NCBI RefSeq assembly: GCF_036321535.1
Contig: NC_087437.1
Location: 63,924,001 to 63,988,000 of the forward strand
Length of the DNA stretch: 64,000 bases
From: Camelus dromedarius
Lineage: Eukaryota
Reading direction: 5' to 3'
Part shown: one piece after another, positions 52,601 through 64,000 of the stretch
How the letters are laid out: the number at the start of each line of letters is the position of its first letter
Position numbering within the stretch: position 1 is the stretch's first letter
The notes under the pieces: generated by a model
Seen by the model: only the letters and a program-made list of their open reading frames with translations
Told to the model about the DNA's origin: nothing
Database searches by the model: none
Position numbers and translations under genes: made by a program

Positions 52601-53299
52601 TCTTTCTTGGTATGCTGCTTCAAATTCTTTTGGGAAAGAGGCCAGGTATAAACACATTTCAAATACAGACCAAAAAAGCAAGCAAATATTACAATTACTT
52701 TAGGATATAAAAGGGAGTATCTTTGCTCTTGTAGCATACCTTAATCAAAAAGCAAATCAAAATCAAAAAAAGAATTAATCAAAATGAAAAAATCAAAAAA
52801 GGAATTACCTTAAGTAAGATAATATACACCTAGATTTGACAATGGCAGGCTAAAGTCCCCAGTTCCTTGATTTTACCAACAACGGATATATTTCCTGAAT
52901 ATAATCTTAGTTACCTTCATTAGTTTCTACTCTAGTGGGAAAACACTGGGCTAAGAGATTAGAAGTTGTGTGTGCTTAGTTCTGTGACCCTAGGTAAGTC
53001 ATTAACATCTGATTGCCTTAGTGTCCTCCATGCTAACAGGAGGGCAACTACCATCTCCCCTGCACTGTAAAACCCGTTACGATTAGGTAGGTAAAAGCAG
53101 ACTTGCTCTCAGAAGTAAAAATGCAATGAGCACAACATATTACCATCATACACATTAGAGGCCTAGGGATTCTCCCTCAAGAGTTTAAAAACTTCTGTAC
53201 GTGTGTGGCAAAATTTTCTCTTTCCAAATTCATAGTTTCTTTGGCAGCAACATGATAGAGGCAAGGTAGTTGTATAAACATTCAGAGATGCAGGCACTA

Positions 53300-55513
53300 A
53301 ATAATGAAAGAAAGCATTTCCATACATAAAACATTATTTATAACTGTTTTCATTTTTTACATTAAAATGTAAACAACCCCTTATCCAAAATAGCTGGAGA
53401 AGAAACAAAACAAAAATAAAAAAACAAATTAAGCCTTTAAAGACAGCTGGTGAGTTTTCAAGTGTCCTTGCTGAATGGATCCAAATACTAAACATTATAA
53501 CCCAGTAACAAGGTGAACCAAACTGGTAAGAGAGCTATAAAATACCAATATACAGCAAAATTACAATTAACCAGAATACTCCGACCTCCTGGTCAATTGA
53601 CTATTTACAAAAAAATTCTTCTTGTTTTAACCATTAGTTTAGAAAAAACTTTCTACATTGAACCATTTTACTTTCCCGGCTCAGTAAGTACAAAATGTCA
53701 AACATAAATCAATTTTATTTTCATGATTTAGGATCATGTGGCACCTTGGGATATCTTAGAACATACATAAGTTCTGGGCAGTTCTGCTATAGGCAGAAAA
53801 TTGGAGAGAACTGGGGTTTCTTGTTTTTAAATAAATTTCCAATATTTTAAGTGTATTGTCTTCCTTTTGCCTTATTCTCCTAAAAGGATAGTGTAGCAGA
53901 AAGGTTCTGGTTAAGCAAGATTTTTCACTGTAGACATATCTATGTATACTGGTTCTGCAAACAATGCAGTTCAATGACTTTACCCCTTTGGACTATTTCT
54001 CCTGCATAATTAATATGCCCAGGAACATGAAGTATATGTAATAGGTCCACTGTTTTCCTGGATATCAAATTTTAGTACCTTATGATCCTTAATTGGAATC
54101 TTTTCTCAAGAAAATCACTCATGAAGATGGCTTCAAAACCAAAAGTTGTTGATTTTGTTAATGGAGCCAAATTATGCTTCCTCTATTATTAATGTGTAAC
54201 TGCTTGAACAGCCTTTATAATGTTATCAAAAAGCAAGTTAAGTTTTTTAAGGTAGTTGGTGCTTAACTCCTCAAAGCCATAAAATAATAAGAGGTGCTGA
54301 GAGAAGAGTCAGGCACCTTCTAATTCTTAGAACAGCTCAGTGTTTCCATAGTGCAGGACCCATACCAGGTGGTGGCATGCAAGATGATTTTAGGTGGTAC
54401 ACAACACTGAATTTAATAATGCTGAATCACAGTGAGAATGTCATTCCCTTTACAATTTTCTTTATACTTCTGATAATTCCAAAGAGAGAGCCCCATTTTG
54501 GTGCTGGATAACCTCTCTCACTGCAACAAAGAAAGAACAGGCTTTCTAGATTCAGAGCCTTGGCAGGTATTAGTATCCAGCTAGAATTTAGTAACATTTT
54601 TTGTTTTAATTTTATTTATTTTGTAGTTATCTTTTATTTATGGCAAACTGATACTGGTTTTCCACTTGGAGTAGAGGTTAGTTTCTTTTTAAAATATTTT
54701 AAAATTTAAAACATAAATATCAAGTAAATAATAGCCTATGTAATACTCAAGTAATCGAAATCTGGGAAACAACGGCTATAGTCCAACAAATCATATTTTA
54801 AAAAAATGATTTCAAAAGAAAGTATAAACATGGTCTAGTAAAGAAACACGTGTCACTGTGTTTTCAACACTTGTGATGCTCCAGGGATGAGCTCACCACA
54901 GCCTTCTCCTACACTGGGTAATTTCTAGGGTTAAGACTCAAGCAAAAACATAAAAGGGAAAAGAACCAATTCCACACCATTCAGGACTTCATAAACTCAT
55001 GGTACCATAAATGTGCAAATAATCTGATATTTACCAAGTCATCTGTTTTACACATAAACTTTCCAATTCACGGCAGCATCTTTTTATTTGGTCTACACTA
55101 ATGCCTCACAAAGGCAAACCCGGGTTGTAGAGCTCCTGCTTGGTTCTCAGAGCAAGTACCACACAAACTTTTTAGTTGAACGCTTCAGCCAGGATTCCCG
55201 GCTGCTGGCCAAGTCTTTCAATGGCGTCTGACTGTTCTTCCACTGCCATGGCCCTGAGGAGAGGTCTCCTCTTCCTCTTCCTCATGATAATTTCACGGCC
55301 ATCATTGCTGAGAGGAGTTTGCCTAGCAGGTATTGCATGCTCGCAGGTATTGCATGCTCACAGGCATGCCACGCTGACTCAAACCAAAAACAGTTGGAGA
55401 GAAAGAAAGCAGAGCTTCTGGTTTGTGGTGAGCAGTTTCTTCATCACAGTGGTAGTTACGATATTCTCCCTCCTTTTCCCCTGAAGCCAAGGCAATATGT
55501 CTGAAGGATGGCA
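53300..55513 (-). other. SEC22A: SEC22A 3' UTR (distal end uncertain)
   Basis: Follows the TGA stop on the minus strand. Minus-strand AATAAA candidates at 55083-55088 and 53714-53719. Confidence 0.55.
54338..54774. mobile_element. Probable hAT-Charlie-type DNA transposon remnant in the SEC22A 3' region
   Basis: Imperfect terminal inverted repeats cagtgtttcc ... gggaaacaacg. Confidence 0.45.
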
Positions 55514-55714
55514 TCAAACATCATAATCAGGAGCCTTGCCCTGGGCTTGCCTTAGCCAGATCTGTAGTGTAACAAACGCTCCCACAGTCACGTGAAAGAA
55601 AAGCTGCCAGAGGTTGCGCAGTTCGTAGAGATACATGTTGCATAGACAGATTAAGCCAAAAGTCAAAAAAGATTTGACATTCCTCCAGCTGGTGTAGTAG
55701 ACAAGTAAATAACA
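55514..55714 (-). CDS. SEC22A: SEC22 homolog A (vesicle-trafficking protein), terminal coding exon
   Basis: Minus strand: ttttcaacag acceptor. 201 nt encode [66 protein letters not shown], the recognised SEC22A C-terminus. SEC22A is the known neighbour of ADCY5. Confidence 0.96.
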   Translation of the reverse strand, partial: CYLLVYYTSWRNVKSFLTFGLICLCNMYLYELRNLWQLFFHVTVGAFVTLQIWLRQAQGKAPDYDV

Positions 55715-56204
55715 CTGTTGAAAATATAAAAATGAAAGATGATTGTGGTTACAGGAAAAAAAAAAATGCTTCCACTATAAAACTGTAACAGGTCACAGGG
55801 TAAAATATGAGAGTGGAATAAGGGGATTTTTCAACTACAGATAAAGATAATGTAACATCTTTAAGACATTCAGCTGTGAAAGCTCCATAGCTTAAAAGGG
55901 AAATTGATTGTTCCTTTTACGTTTTTCATTTTTCAAAAGAAAGAAGATTTGTATCATATTTAAAGGATAACTCCCTTGCAAACAGGCTGAACAAATTCCT
56001 CAAGATGACAGGCAACTAAGAAGCATTCCCAGCGTCACAGGGGGTTCGATCCCAGAAAAGCACAAAAGACTCACACAAGCTCTTCAGCAAAATGGACGCA
56101 TATAACCTGAATCTGAATAGCAATGAAATCAATAAATACTTACCAAACTCCACTGAATGCAAGGAGCTAAACTAGGCAGGATCTGACTGAACACTTGAGG
56201 GAGA

Positions 56205-56705
56205 ATTTGTTCAACAGATATTTATTGAGGACCTGCTACAAGACAGGCACTATTCTTTAGTTTTCAGTAAACAAATAAAGACCTCGCTCACATGGACTTT
56301 ACGTTCTACTGGACAGAGACAGACTATAAACATTATACATATTTTATATTATATATATATAATATATATATAAAATCAAGTAGTTGTGTTCTGAAAAATA
56401 TTAAAGATAATTCAGAAAAAGGGAACAAAGAATGCAATGAGTGCTATTTTAGAAAATACAGTAAAGAAAGTACTCTTCTGCCCCCAAACCTTGGCATTCA
56501 CTCTCCCTGTTCTATTTTTCTCCATAACAATACTATAAACATACTTCAAAAATATGCTTATTTTATTTGTCATCTGTATTCTTCCAATAAAATCTAAGCT
56601 TCATGAAGAGAGAAGTTTTTAACTGTTTGTTCACTCATTTTTCTCCAGTGCCCAGAACGGTGTCTGACACATAGTAAGTGCTCAATAAAAATTTGTTACA
56701 TGAAC
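56205..56705. mobile_element. Two L2 3'-end fragments in opposite orientation
   Basis: ttcaacagatatttattgagg..ctgcta...aggcact (~56210, minus) and ccagtgcccagaacggtgtctgacacatagtaagtgctcaataaaaatttgt (~56645-56700, plus). Confidence 0.7.
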
Positions 56706-57009
56706 TGTTTTCTAGAAGATATCTAAAATTCACAGTCCAGTGAATATAGGAATCATATATGATCACAAAGCCTTAAAAAAGAAGCACAGGTCTCTGTGAA
56801 ACTGTATCCAGACTTCAGAATAGGAGGGACATTAGGGCATTTGTGACAATACAGAAAGAATGTGGAGATGTTTTGTTTAATGTGTTTAGTTCTTACATAG
56901 ATTAGAATTGTGCTTGCTATCCAAGTAAAGTGAATTGGAAGCATTTATTTTATTGGGGTGTTTTGCATTATATTAAAAAAAAGTTGAAAAACAGAGGGGA
57001 AAAAAACTT

Positions 57010-57720
57010 TTTCTTCTGAAATAATTTTAGACTTCCCGAAAAGTTGTCAAAACCAGTAAAGAATTCCCATATACCCTTTACCCTGACCTAATGCTGTCCT
57101 CGTGTATAACTACAGAATAATCATCAAACCAGGAAATTAACACTGATACAACACTGTTACGTAAACTACAGACTTCATTGAAATTTTTCCGGTTGTCCTA
57201 TAAGGCCCTTTTTCTGGTCCAGAATCCAATCCAGGATTCCACATTGCATTTAATTGTCATGTCTCCTCAAATCTATAACAGATTCTCAACTCTTTCTTTG
57301 TTTTCAATGACCTTAATAGTCTTAAAGAGTATTGATCAGTTATTTTGTAAAATGTTCCCTAATTTTGGTTTTCCTGATGTCGTTCCAAGGTTGAACTGAC
57401 ATTCAGCTCAGCAAGAATACCACAGAGCTGATGTGTATGTAGTATGTCAAATTACTTACTAACTTTGATCTCTTGGTAAGGTGGTATCTGACAGGTTTCT
57501 CCACTGAAGTTACTATTGTTCTCTTTGTAATCAGTACCTGTGGGAGGATACTCTGAGGTTATGTACATATCCTATTCCATCATACTTTTGCCCATTAATT
57601 TTAGCATCTATTGATGATTCCTGCCTGTAACAATTATTATCATGGTGTTTGCCAAATGATCATTTTCTATTTCTATCATCCTCTACATTTATTAATTGGA
57701 ATTCTACTATAAAGAAGAGC
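57010..57720 (-). mobile_element. Old L1 (L1MC-like) 3' UTR fragment
   Basis: tgaaataattttagactt...aaccaggaaattaacactgataca...ccacattgcatttaattgtcatgtctc. Confidence 0.7.
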
Positions 57721-57809
57721 TAGATTTTCTGGTATTTTTTTAAAATAAATATTTAATTTGTGGTTTTCAAGGGCTTTAAAATATAATGGTCTTTGCCCTA
57801 CAGGTTATT

Positions 57810-60320
57810 TATTAACTACAAAGAGAAAAAAGATACCTTTGCAATGGAGATATCTGGTAGGCATCACCTTAACCAAATGATCAAATTTACTGCATGCTTC
57901 CTGAATTAGAGATATACAGCATGCTATACTACACAGTACTGTTACCAAAATAATTAACCTGAATCTAATCATGAGAAACAGACATAACCAGATTTAGGCC
58001 ATTCTATAAGGTGCTTGCCTGGACTGTTAAAAAACTGTTAGTGTTATGAAAGACAAAAACAGAACAACAAAAAGGCCAGAAGATGGCAATATAGATTAAA
58101 AGATATGCAACAACCAACCACAATGCATAATCTGGAATCATAATCTGGAATCAGCTACACAGAACATTTTGGAGACAACTGAAGTAATCTGAATATGACT
58201 CCTGTATTAGGTAATATTGTATCAATGTCAAATTTCTTGGATGTGATAAAGGTATTATCACTATGTAGAAGTGTATCTTTGTTCTCAAAAGATACACACT
58301 GAAGTTCCCAGAGATGAAGTATCTTAATGTTTGTAACTTACTTCAGAAACAACTGTGCAGGAACTTCTGCTTCTGGAAAGATGAAGTTGATGTACTTTCC
58401 CCTATTCTTCCCACTAAGTACAACTAAAAACCCTGGACACTACATATCAAACAAGTATAAGATGACTCTGGATGATGGAAAGAAGAAGGCAGACAGGCTA
58501 AGGACCTTGAGACTCAAGAAATGACACAGTGGTAAATTACCTAAGCCTTTTTTTTTTTTTTTTTTTTTTGCCTCATAGATCCCACACTTGGAGCTGAAGC
58601 AGCTGACAACTAGAAACACCAATGGGTGTATATTAAAAAACAAACAAACTCCCAAGTAAAATCTTGCTCCCTATAGCCAAAAGACCAAGAAAGGGGCACT
58701 TTACCAAGACAGAGGACTTTTACACGATAACTATGCTACCCCAGCCAAACACCACTAAAAAAAACTGTGACTGCCCACACCCATCCCATCAAAGCCTACA
58801 TGGGGAGCCTATAATGCTGTAAGGAGATGTTTCAACTCTCCAGGGCTTCAGGAATTTTTTAAAAATTGAATTTAAGACTTATTACATAGCTATAGTGATC
58901 AAAACTATATGGTACTGGCAGAGGGACAGACACAGATAAATGGAACAGAATACAAAACATGGAAATAGACCCATATAAACATGCCCAACTTTCTTAATGC
59001 AAAAGCAGTTCAGTAGAGAAAAAAAGCCTTTCCAACAAATGGTGCTGGAGAACTTAAGCATCCATGCAAAGCAAAAAAATCAAAAAACAAAAACCCCCAC
59101 ATGTTACATACAATTTAACTCAAAATGGATCATGAACTTACATATAAAACATAAGACTATAAAACTTTTAGAAAGAACAGGAGAAAATCTTCAGGATCTG
59201 GAGGCAGTCAAAGAGTTCTTAGACAATACCACAAGCATGATGCATAGAAGAAAAAATTGAGAAATTAAACCATAAAAATTTAAGACATTTGCTCTACAAA
59301 AGACCTTGTTAAGAGGATGAAAACACAAGTTAAAACTAGGAGAAGATATGCAAACTGCATAACTGTGACAAAGGACTAATATCTGGAATATATAAAGAAC
59401 TCTCAAACTCAACAGTAAAAGACAAACAATCCAATTAGAAAATAGGCAAAAGACATGAATAAACATTTCACCCAAGAGGATATACATATGACAAATATGC
59501 ACATGAAATTATATTCAACATCATTAGCCATTAGGAAAATGCAAATTAAAACCATAATGAGATATCATTACACACTTATCAGAATGGCTAAAACAAAAAA
59601 TAGTGACAATACTAAATGCTGATGAGCATGCAGAGAAACTGGATCACTCACTCACACAATGCTGGTGGGAATGTAAAATGGTACACTACTCTAGAAAAGT
59701 TTGTCTTTTAATAAGCATGCAACTACCACATGACCCAGCAATTGCACTCCTATTTATCTCAGAGAAATGAACACTTTGGTTCACACTAAAACCTGTACAT
59801 GAATGTTTATACAGCTTTATTTATAATAGCTGAAAGCTAGAAACAACTCAGATGTCCTTCAAATGAGTGAATAATGAAACAAACTATGGTACAGCCATAC
59901 CATGGAGTACAATTCAGCAATAAAAAGGAACAAATCACTGATACATGCAACACTTGGATAAATCTCCAGACAATTATGCTGAATAAAACATGCCAGTCAC
60001 AGAAGGTTACATACTATATGGTTCCATTTATGTAACATACTCAAAATGAGAAAATTATATTAATGGAGAACACATTAGTGGTTGCCAGAGATTAAGGACA
60101 GGTTGGGGCAGGTGGAAACCATGAAAGGGCAACATGAGGAGTCTTCGTGGTGACAGAACGGTTCTGTTCCTTGACTGCATGAACATCAATATCCTGGTTG
60201 TGATATTGTATTACAGCTTTGCCAGATGGTACCATTTTGGGGGTGGGGTGGAATAGTTAAAGGTTATACAAGATCTCTCTTATGACTCTACAATTATCTC
60301 AAAATAAAAAGTTTAATAAG
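57810..60320 (+). mobile_element. Mosaic of old L1 fragments: L1ME-like 3' piece, L1 5' end (~58358-58830) and ORF2 end/3' UTR (58860-60320)
   Basis: L1 5' motif ggaacttctgcttctggaaagatg. ORF2 C-terminal remnants (aaacatttcacccaagaggatatac, gacccagcaattgcactcct). Ends aaaataaaaagtttaa. Confidence 0.8.
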
Positions 60321-60814
60321 AAAAACAACTTCACACATTCATTTTTATCTACAACTTACTTTTTGAACAATGAATATACACACTATATGCACAAGCATAC
60401 AGAGAAAGTTAAAGCAAGTGTTGCAAAATGTTACAAATTGATGATTCTAGGTGTACTAGTCTTCCAACTTATCTGTAAGTTTGAAGGTTTTCAAAATAAA
60501 ACACTGAGGGAAAAGAAACAGTCTCTAATTTCTTCAGACTTCTTCTGATTTCCTACTCTAAATGTTCCATATCAAGACTACCCCTAACTGACTGAATTGT
60601 AGCCTGGCGACAAAGGCAACAAACCACGTACCAGTGGCCTTTGAGGGCTGATCTGAAGGGGATTAAAAAATATCCTGACAACTGGAGACAGAACATATTA
60701 TGTGGTAAAATAGAATCCCTTAAATTTTACTGTGGAAAAAACAACATTCTTATCACTCTGCTCAGCATATTTGGAAAGCATGCAGTTTCATGCCTGTCAA
60801 TACAAAGGAAATTT

Positions 60815-60972
60815 GTTTTTTGTTGTTTTGTTTTGGGGGGGGTTGGGGGAGTAATTAGGTCTATCTATTTAGTGTTAGGTTTGTTTTTTTTTTAATGGAG
60901 GTACTAGGGATTGAACCTAGGACCTCATGGATGCTAAGCACACACTCTAGCACTGAGTTATACCCACCCCCA
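60815..60972 (-). mobile_element. tRNA-derived SINE (camelid vic-1-like)
   Basis: Same family as the copies at 814 and 28339 (gtaattagg...gaggtactagggattgaacctaggacc). Imperfect TSD gaaat(t/g)tgtttt. Confidence 0.88.
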
Positions 60973-61124
60973 GAAAATGTGTTTTCTGCTTTTCTTTTCT
61001 AAAGCATCACACTTTGTTTACCCTCCTCAAATGAACACCTGGGTGACACTGCTCCACCAAGAGGCAACTCTTGAAATACTTTCAGCTGTTCTGAGGAAAG
61101 TAACAGAGGTGTCCCTATCTGTAG

Positions 61125-61690
61125 GAAGAGCTCTGGTTCTGGAGTCACACAGACCTAGGTTCAAGTCCCTGGTTGTAAAAACAGTTTAGGCCCCTGTGAA
61201 AATGGTGATGGTAACGGGATTAGCATAAGGCTTTCTGTGAGGATTTAATGGTACAAGGAATGCAAAGGGCTTAGCAAAGTAAGAGCTTGATACATTTGGC
61301 ATTATTATTAGCATTTAAAATTATTTCATTAAGGCAAAAAGCTAGAAGTACATTTTACAAGAATAATCATTCATGAAATTATTTGAAAGTTAATAATTAC
61401 CTCACACTGTTTTAGAATCATATGAAATAATACACATAAAAGTTACTAAATTATAAATTTTATAGCATTATAAAAATCATGTAAATAGAGGAATTTTACT
61501 TAGAGACAGCATGAAAGGAATACGACACTTAAGAAGACTCAGAGTTAAGTTCTGATCCACCACTTACTGGCTATGTGATCTCAGGATACTACTGAAACTG
61601 CCTCAGATTTCTCGTTTTCAAAAGAAGGATAATATACCTGTGTGACAGGACTGTACAGATTAAAGCAGAAAATCTACACAAGAATATTTC
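61125..61690 (+). mobile_element. MIR fragments
   Basis: ctggagtcacacagacctaggttcaagtcc...gtgaggatttaatg and ccaccacttactggctatgtgatctcagg...gcctcagatttctc. Confidence 0.65.
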
Positions 61691-62731
61691 ATAAAATTAA
61701 AGTACTGCGACATCAATGAATACAAGTTTTCACATTTCCTGCATGAAATGTCATTCATTATAATTGAATCCATCAAATTTGACAGAAAAACCATTTCTGA
61801 AGCTAATATAAACGATTAAGAAAAATTAGGGAATTTAAAAAAATGGAGCCACTGAAACTAAAATTTCTGATGTCTTTACACAAAAGTCAAGTGCCTATAT
61901 TTAAAATATTTCCCTAAAGACTTCCACTGAGTTTTAGGTAGCCTTTTGTTTGCAGTCCTGACTGTTTCTAACGTTTTTCATTGCAAGACAGACACAAGTT
62001 AGGCCAGAAGTCTTAGCTGGCTCTAACATGTTTGAGTAGAGACATTGCTGAGTCTGGGTCACTGGCATGGTTCCTCCCCCTTCCCTACGTATCTGTGCCT
62101 CCTCTGGCCTTGGAAATGAGAGCACACAACTCCCTATCACTCGGGGGCAAAATCCCTCCCTCCTGAAAGTCTCAGATCTATTCTGTCATCAAGTCCTAGA
62201 GAGTCTTCCTTCTCCGTGTCCTTTCTCTTCCTATTCCTACTGCCATTACCATATTTAGGCTTTCAATACCTTCCACCTGAAGTAATAGAATCACCTCTCA
62301 ACTAACTTCCTTGCTTCTAGTCTCTCCGCTCTGACAACCCAACCTATTCATCACTGCTAAATCAAATATCTTAAAATCCTGCCTTTGCTGTCGCCTATTC
62401 AAAGACTTCCCCAAGAGTACAAAATCCTCAGCCTGGAGTACAAGCAGAGCTTTGAAGCTGAATAATCAGTCCCAGAATATCCAGAATTAGCCTTTACTGC
62501 TGTAGGCAGACGACATGCCTCCACCGAAGTCCCAGCACAGGAGACGGTTCACACTGAGTTCACTGGGACCTACATCAATTCAACTAACAAAACTAATAGA
62601 GGCTCAAATTAAAAGAGAGGCATAGAATTCAGACATTTTTATTTATTTAAAGTGCACAAAGAATTATTAGAACTGACACCTGAAACAAGCAATAATGGGA
62701 AAGTGTTTCTTAAAAATGGGAGAGAACCTAC

Positions 62732-62797
62732 CTGGTAAAGGCAGGCTGCTGTTCCAAGGAAAAACGCAACGATGTAATTAAAATCCTCACCATCACT
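62732..62797 (-). CDS. SEC22A: SEC22A penultimate coding exon
   Basis: Minus strand: ttttacag acceptor and gtaggt donor. 66 nt encode [22 protein letters not shown], joining the terminal exon in phase 0. Confidence 0.95.
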
Positions 62798-64000
62798 CTG
62801 TAAAAACAAAATAAGAAATTACTTTTTTTTTTTAGTGGAAGCCAATTTCCAAAAGCAACCATTGGGATAGAATATGACAGCATTTATGCACAAATGGTAA
62901 AAATTTTCACAAAGTGGCATATAAAAATCTCGAGTCCTAAAATAGAAACATAAAATATAATAACCAGGGAGTGTGATACAGAGGAAGACTACCAGCGTTC
63001 TTCTATCTGGGCCTCACCATCAATTATATTTTATCCAAGAGAAGATGAAAGTCAATGGAAACAAGTTTTCATGTAACATAAAAAGACTCTCCCCTCTCTA
63101 CTAAAGAAACCACATAAAAAAGTACAACACCCCAGTGGCTTATAAAGTTAGGCCTGCTAGCTAGGATTACTATTTGACTCAAATAAATATTGACAAACTT
63201 TACCATCTAGTAAGTGTATCACTGAATTGTCCAATGAAGTCATTTGGCATGATTAAAAAAACAAAACAAAAAACCAAAATTGAGAAGCTACTGCCCACTA
63301 GAGTGTGCTAAATCCCAACGAGGAAAGTCAGTCATAACACACTATGTTAGAAAAATAGCGCCCAGAGGAAAACCAGAGAGAGATCATGAATAAAATACTT
63401 CTTTTAAAAGAAAACTAATAGAGACATATACAACCCATTTTTTCTATTCCTTTTTGATTCCTCTTAAATATCTATATGTATCATTTATCTGAATGTTTTT
63501 ACAAAGTAGAACATGAAACCCAAGCGGGAGTTATCAAATTATTCTTCCAGGTAGGAGCATTAAATGTGGTCCTTATTTCAGGAAAAATCTCTTTATACAA
63601 TAAAAATTTACACAAGACATGGGACTGTCTCTCATGACCATGTCTTCACAAAATAATATAAAGAGAAAATTCCTTTTCCATTTGCTATTGGGCAAGAAAG
63701 TGCCTGTAAGGCAGAGGGAGAGTGGCTTATCCTAGTGAGATGATCTTAAAATAGAAACCATTCAACTATCTGGTTAGGCCAGTTCTATCCCAGAGGTAGG
63801 AAAGGTCAACATAAAACTGCTCTACTTTAATAATTCTAAGGCTTTAAATAAGTTCTGCTTGATTGTTTTCCTTTAGTCCTTTAAATCATTTTTTTTAATT
63901 ATAAAAGTTCATGTTCATTGTAGAGAATATGGAACAGATTGTTACAAAGAAGCAGCTCATATAGTCCATAATGCCACAACTTTGGGAGAATTAGAGCTAC

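Overview
Mammalian genomic DNA, probably camelid (three copies of a tRNA-derived SINE resembling the camelid vic-1 type). Two genes lie tail to tail. The + strand carries the last nine coding exons of adenylate cyclase 5 (ADCY5; 3868-19247) and a 3' UTR to about 21570. The - strand carries the last two coding exons of SEC22A (62797-62732 and 55714-55514). Between them is a ~24 kb nested cluster of decayed class I (gamma-like, tRNA-Arg-primed) endogenous retroviruses (22606-46515). It consists of a tandem LTR-internal-LTR-internal-LTR array, with a second provirus (TSD GGAT), a collapsed mini-provirus (TSD GCCC), several L1s and a SINE inserted into it. The rest is ordinary L1/MIR/L2/DNA-transposon debris. 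I found no intact novel gene or convincing new biological system. The best leads are the tandem/nested ERV architecture, a probable L1 3' transduction, a CpG island over the ADCY5 3' end with a 203-codon open frame after the stop, a stop-creating tandem splice donor and a 30-nt frame-preserving microexon. Gene identities, exon numbers and repeat family names come from recalled sequences, not database searches, and repeat boundaries are approximate.
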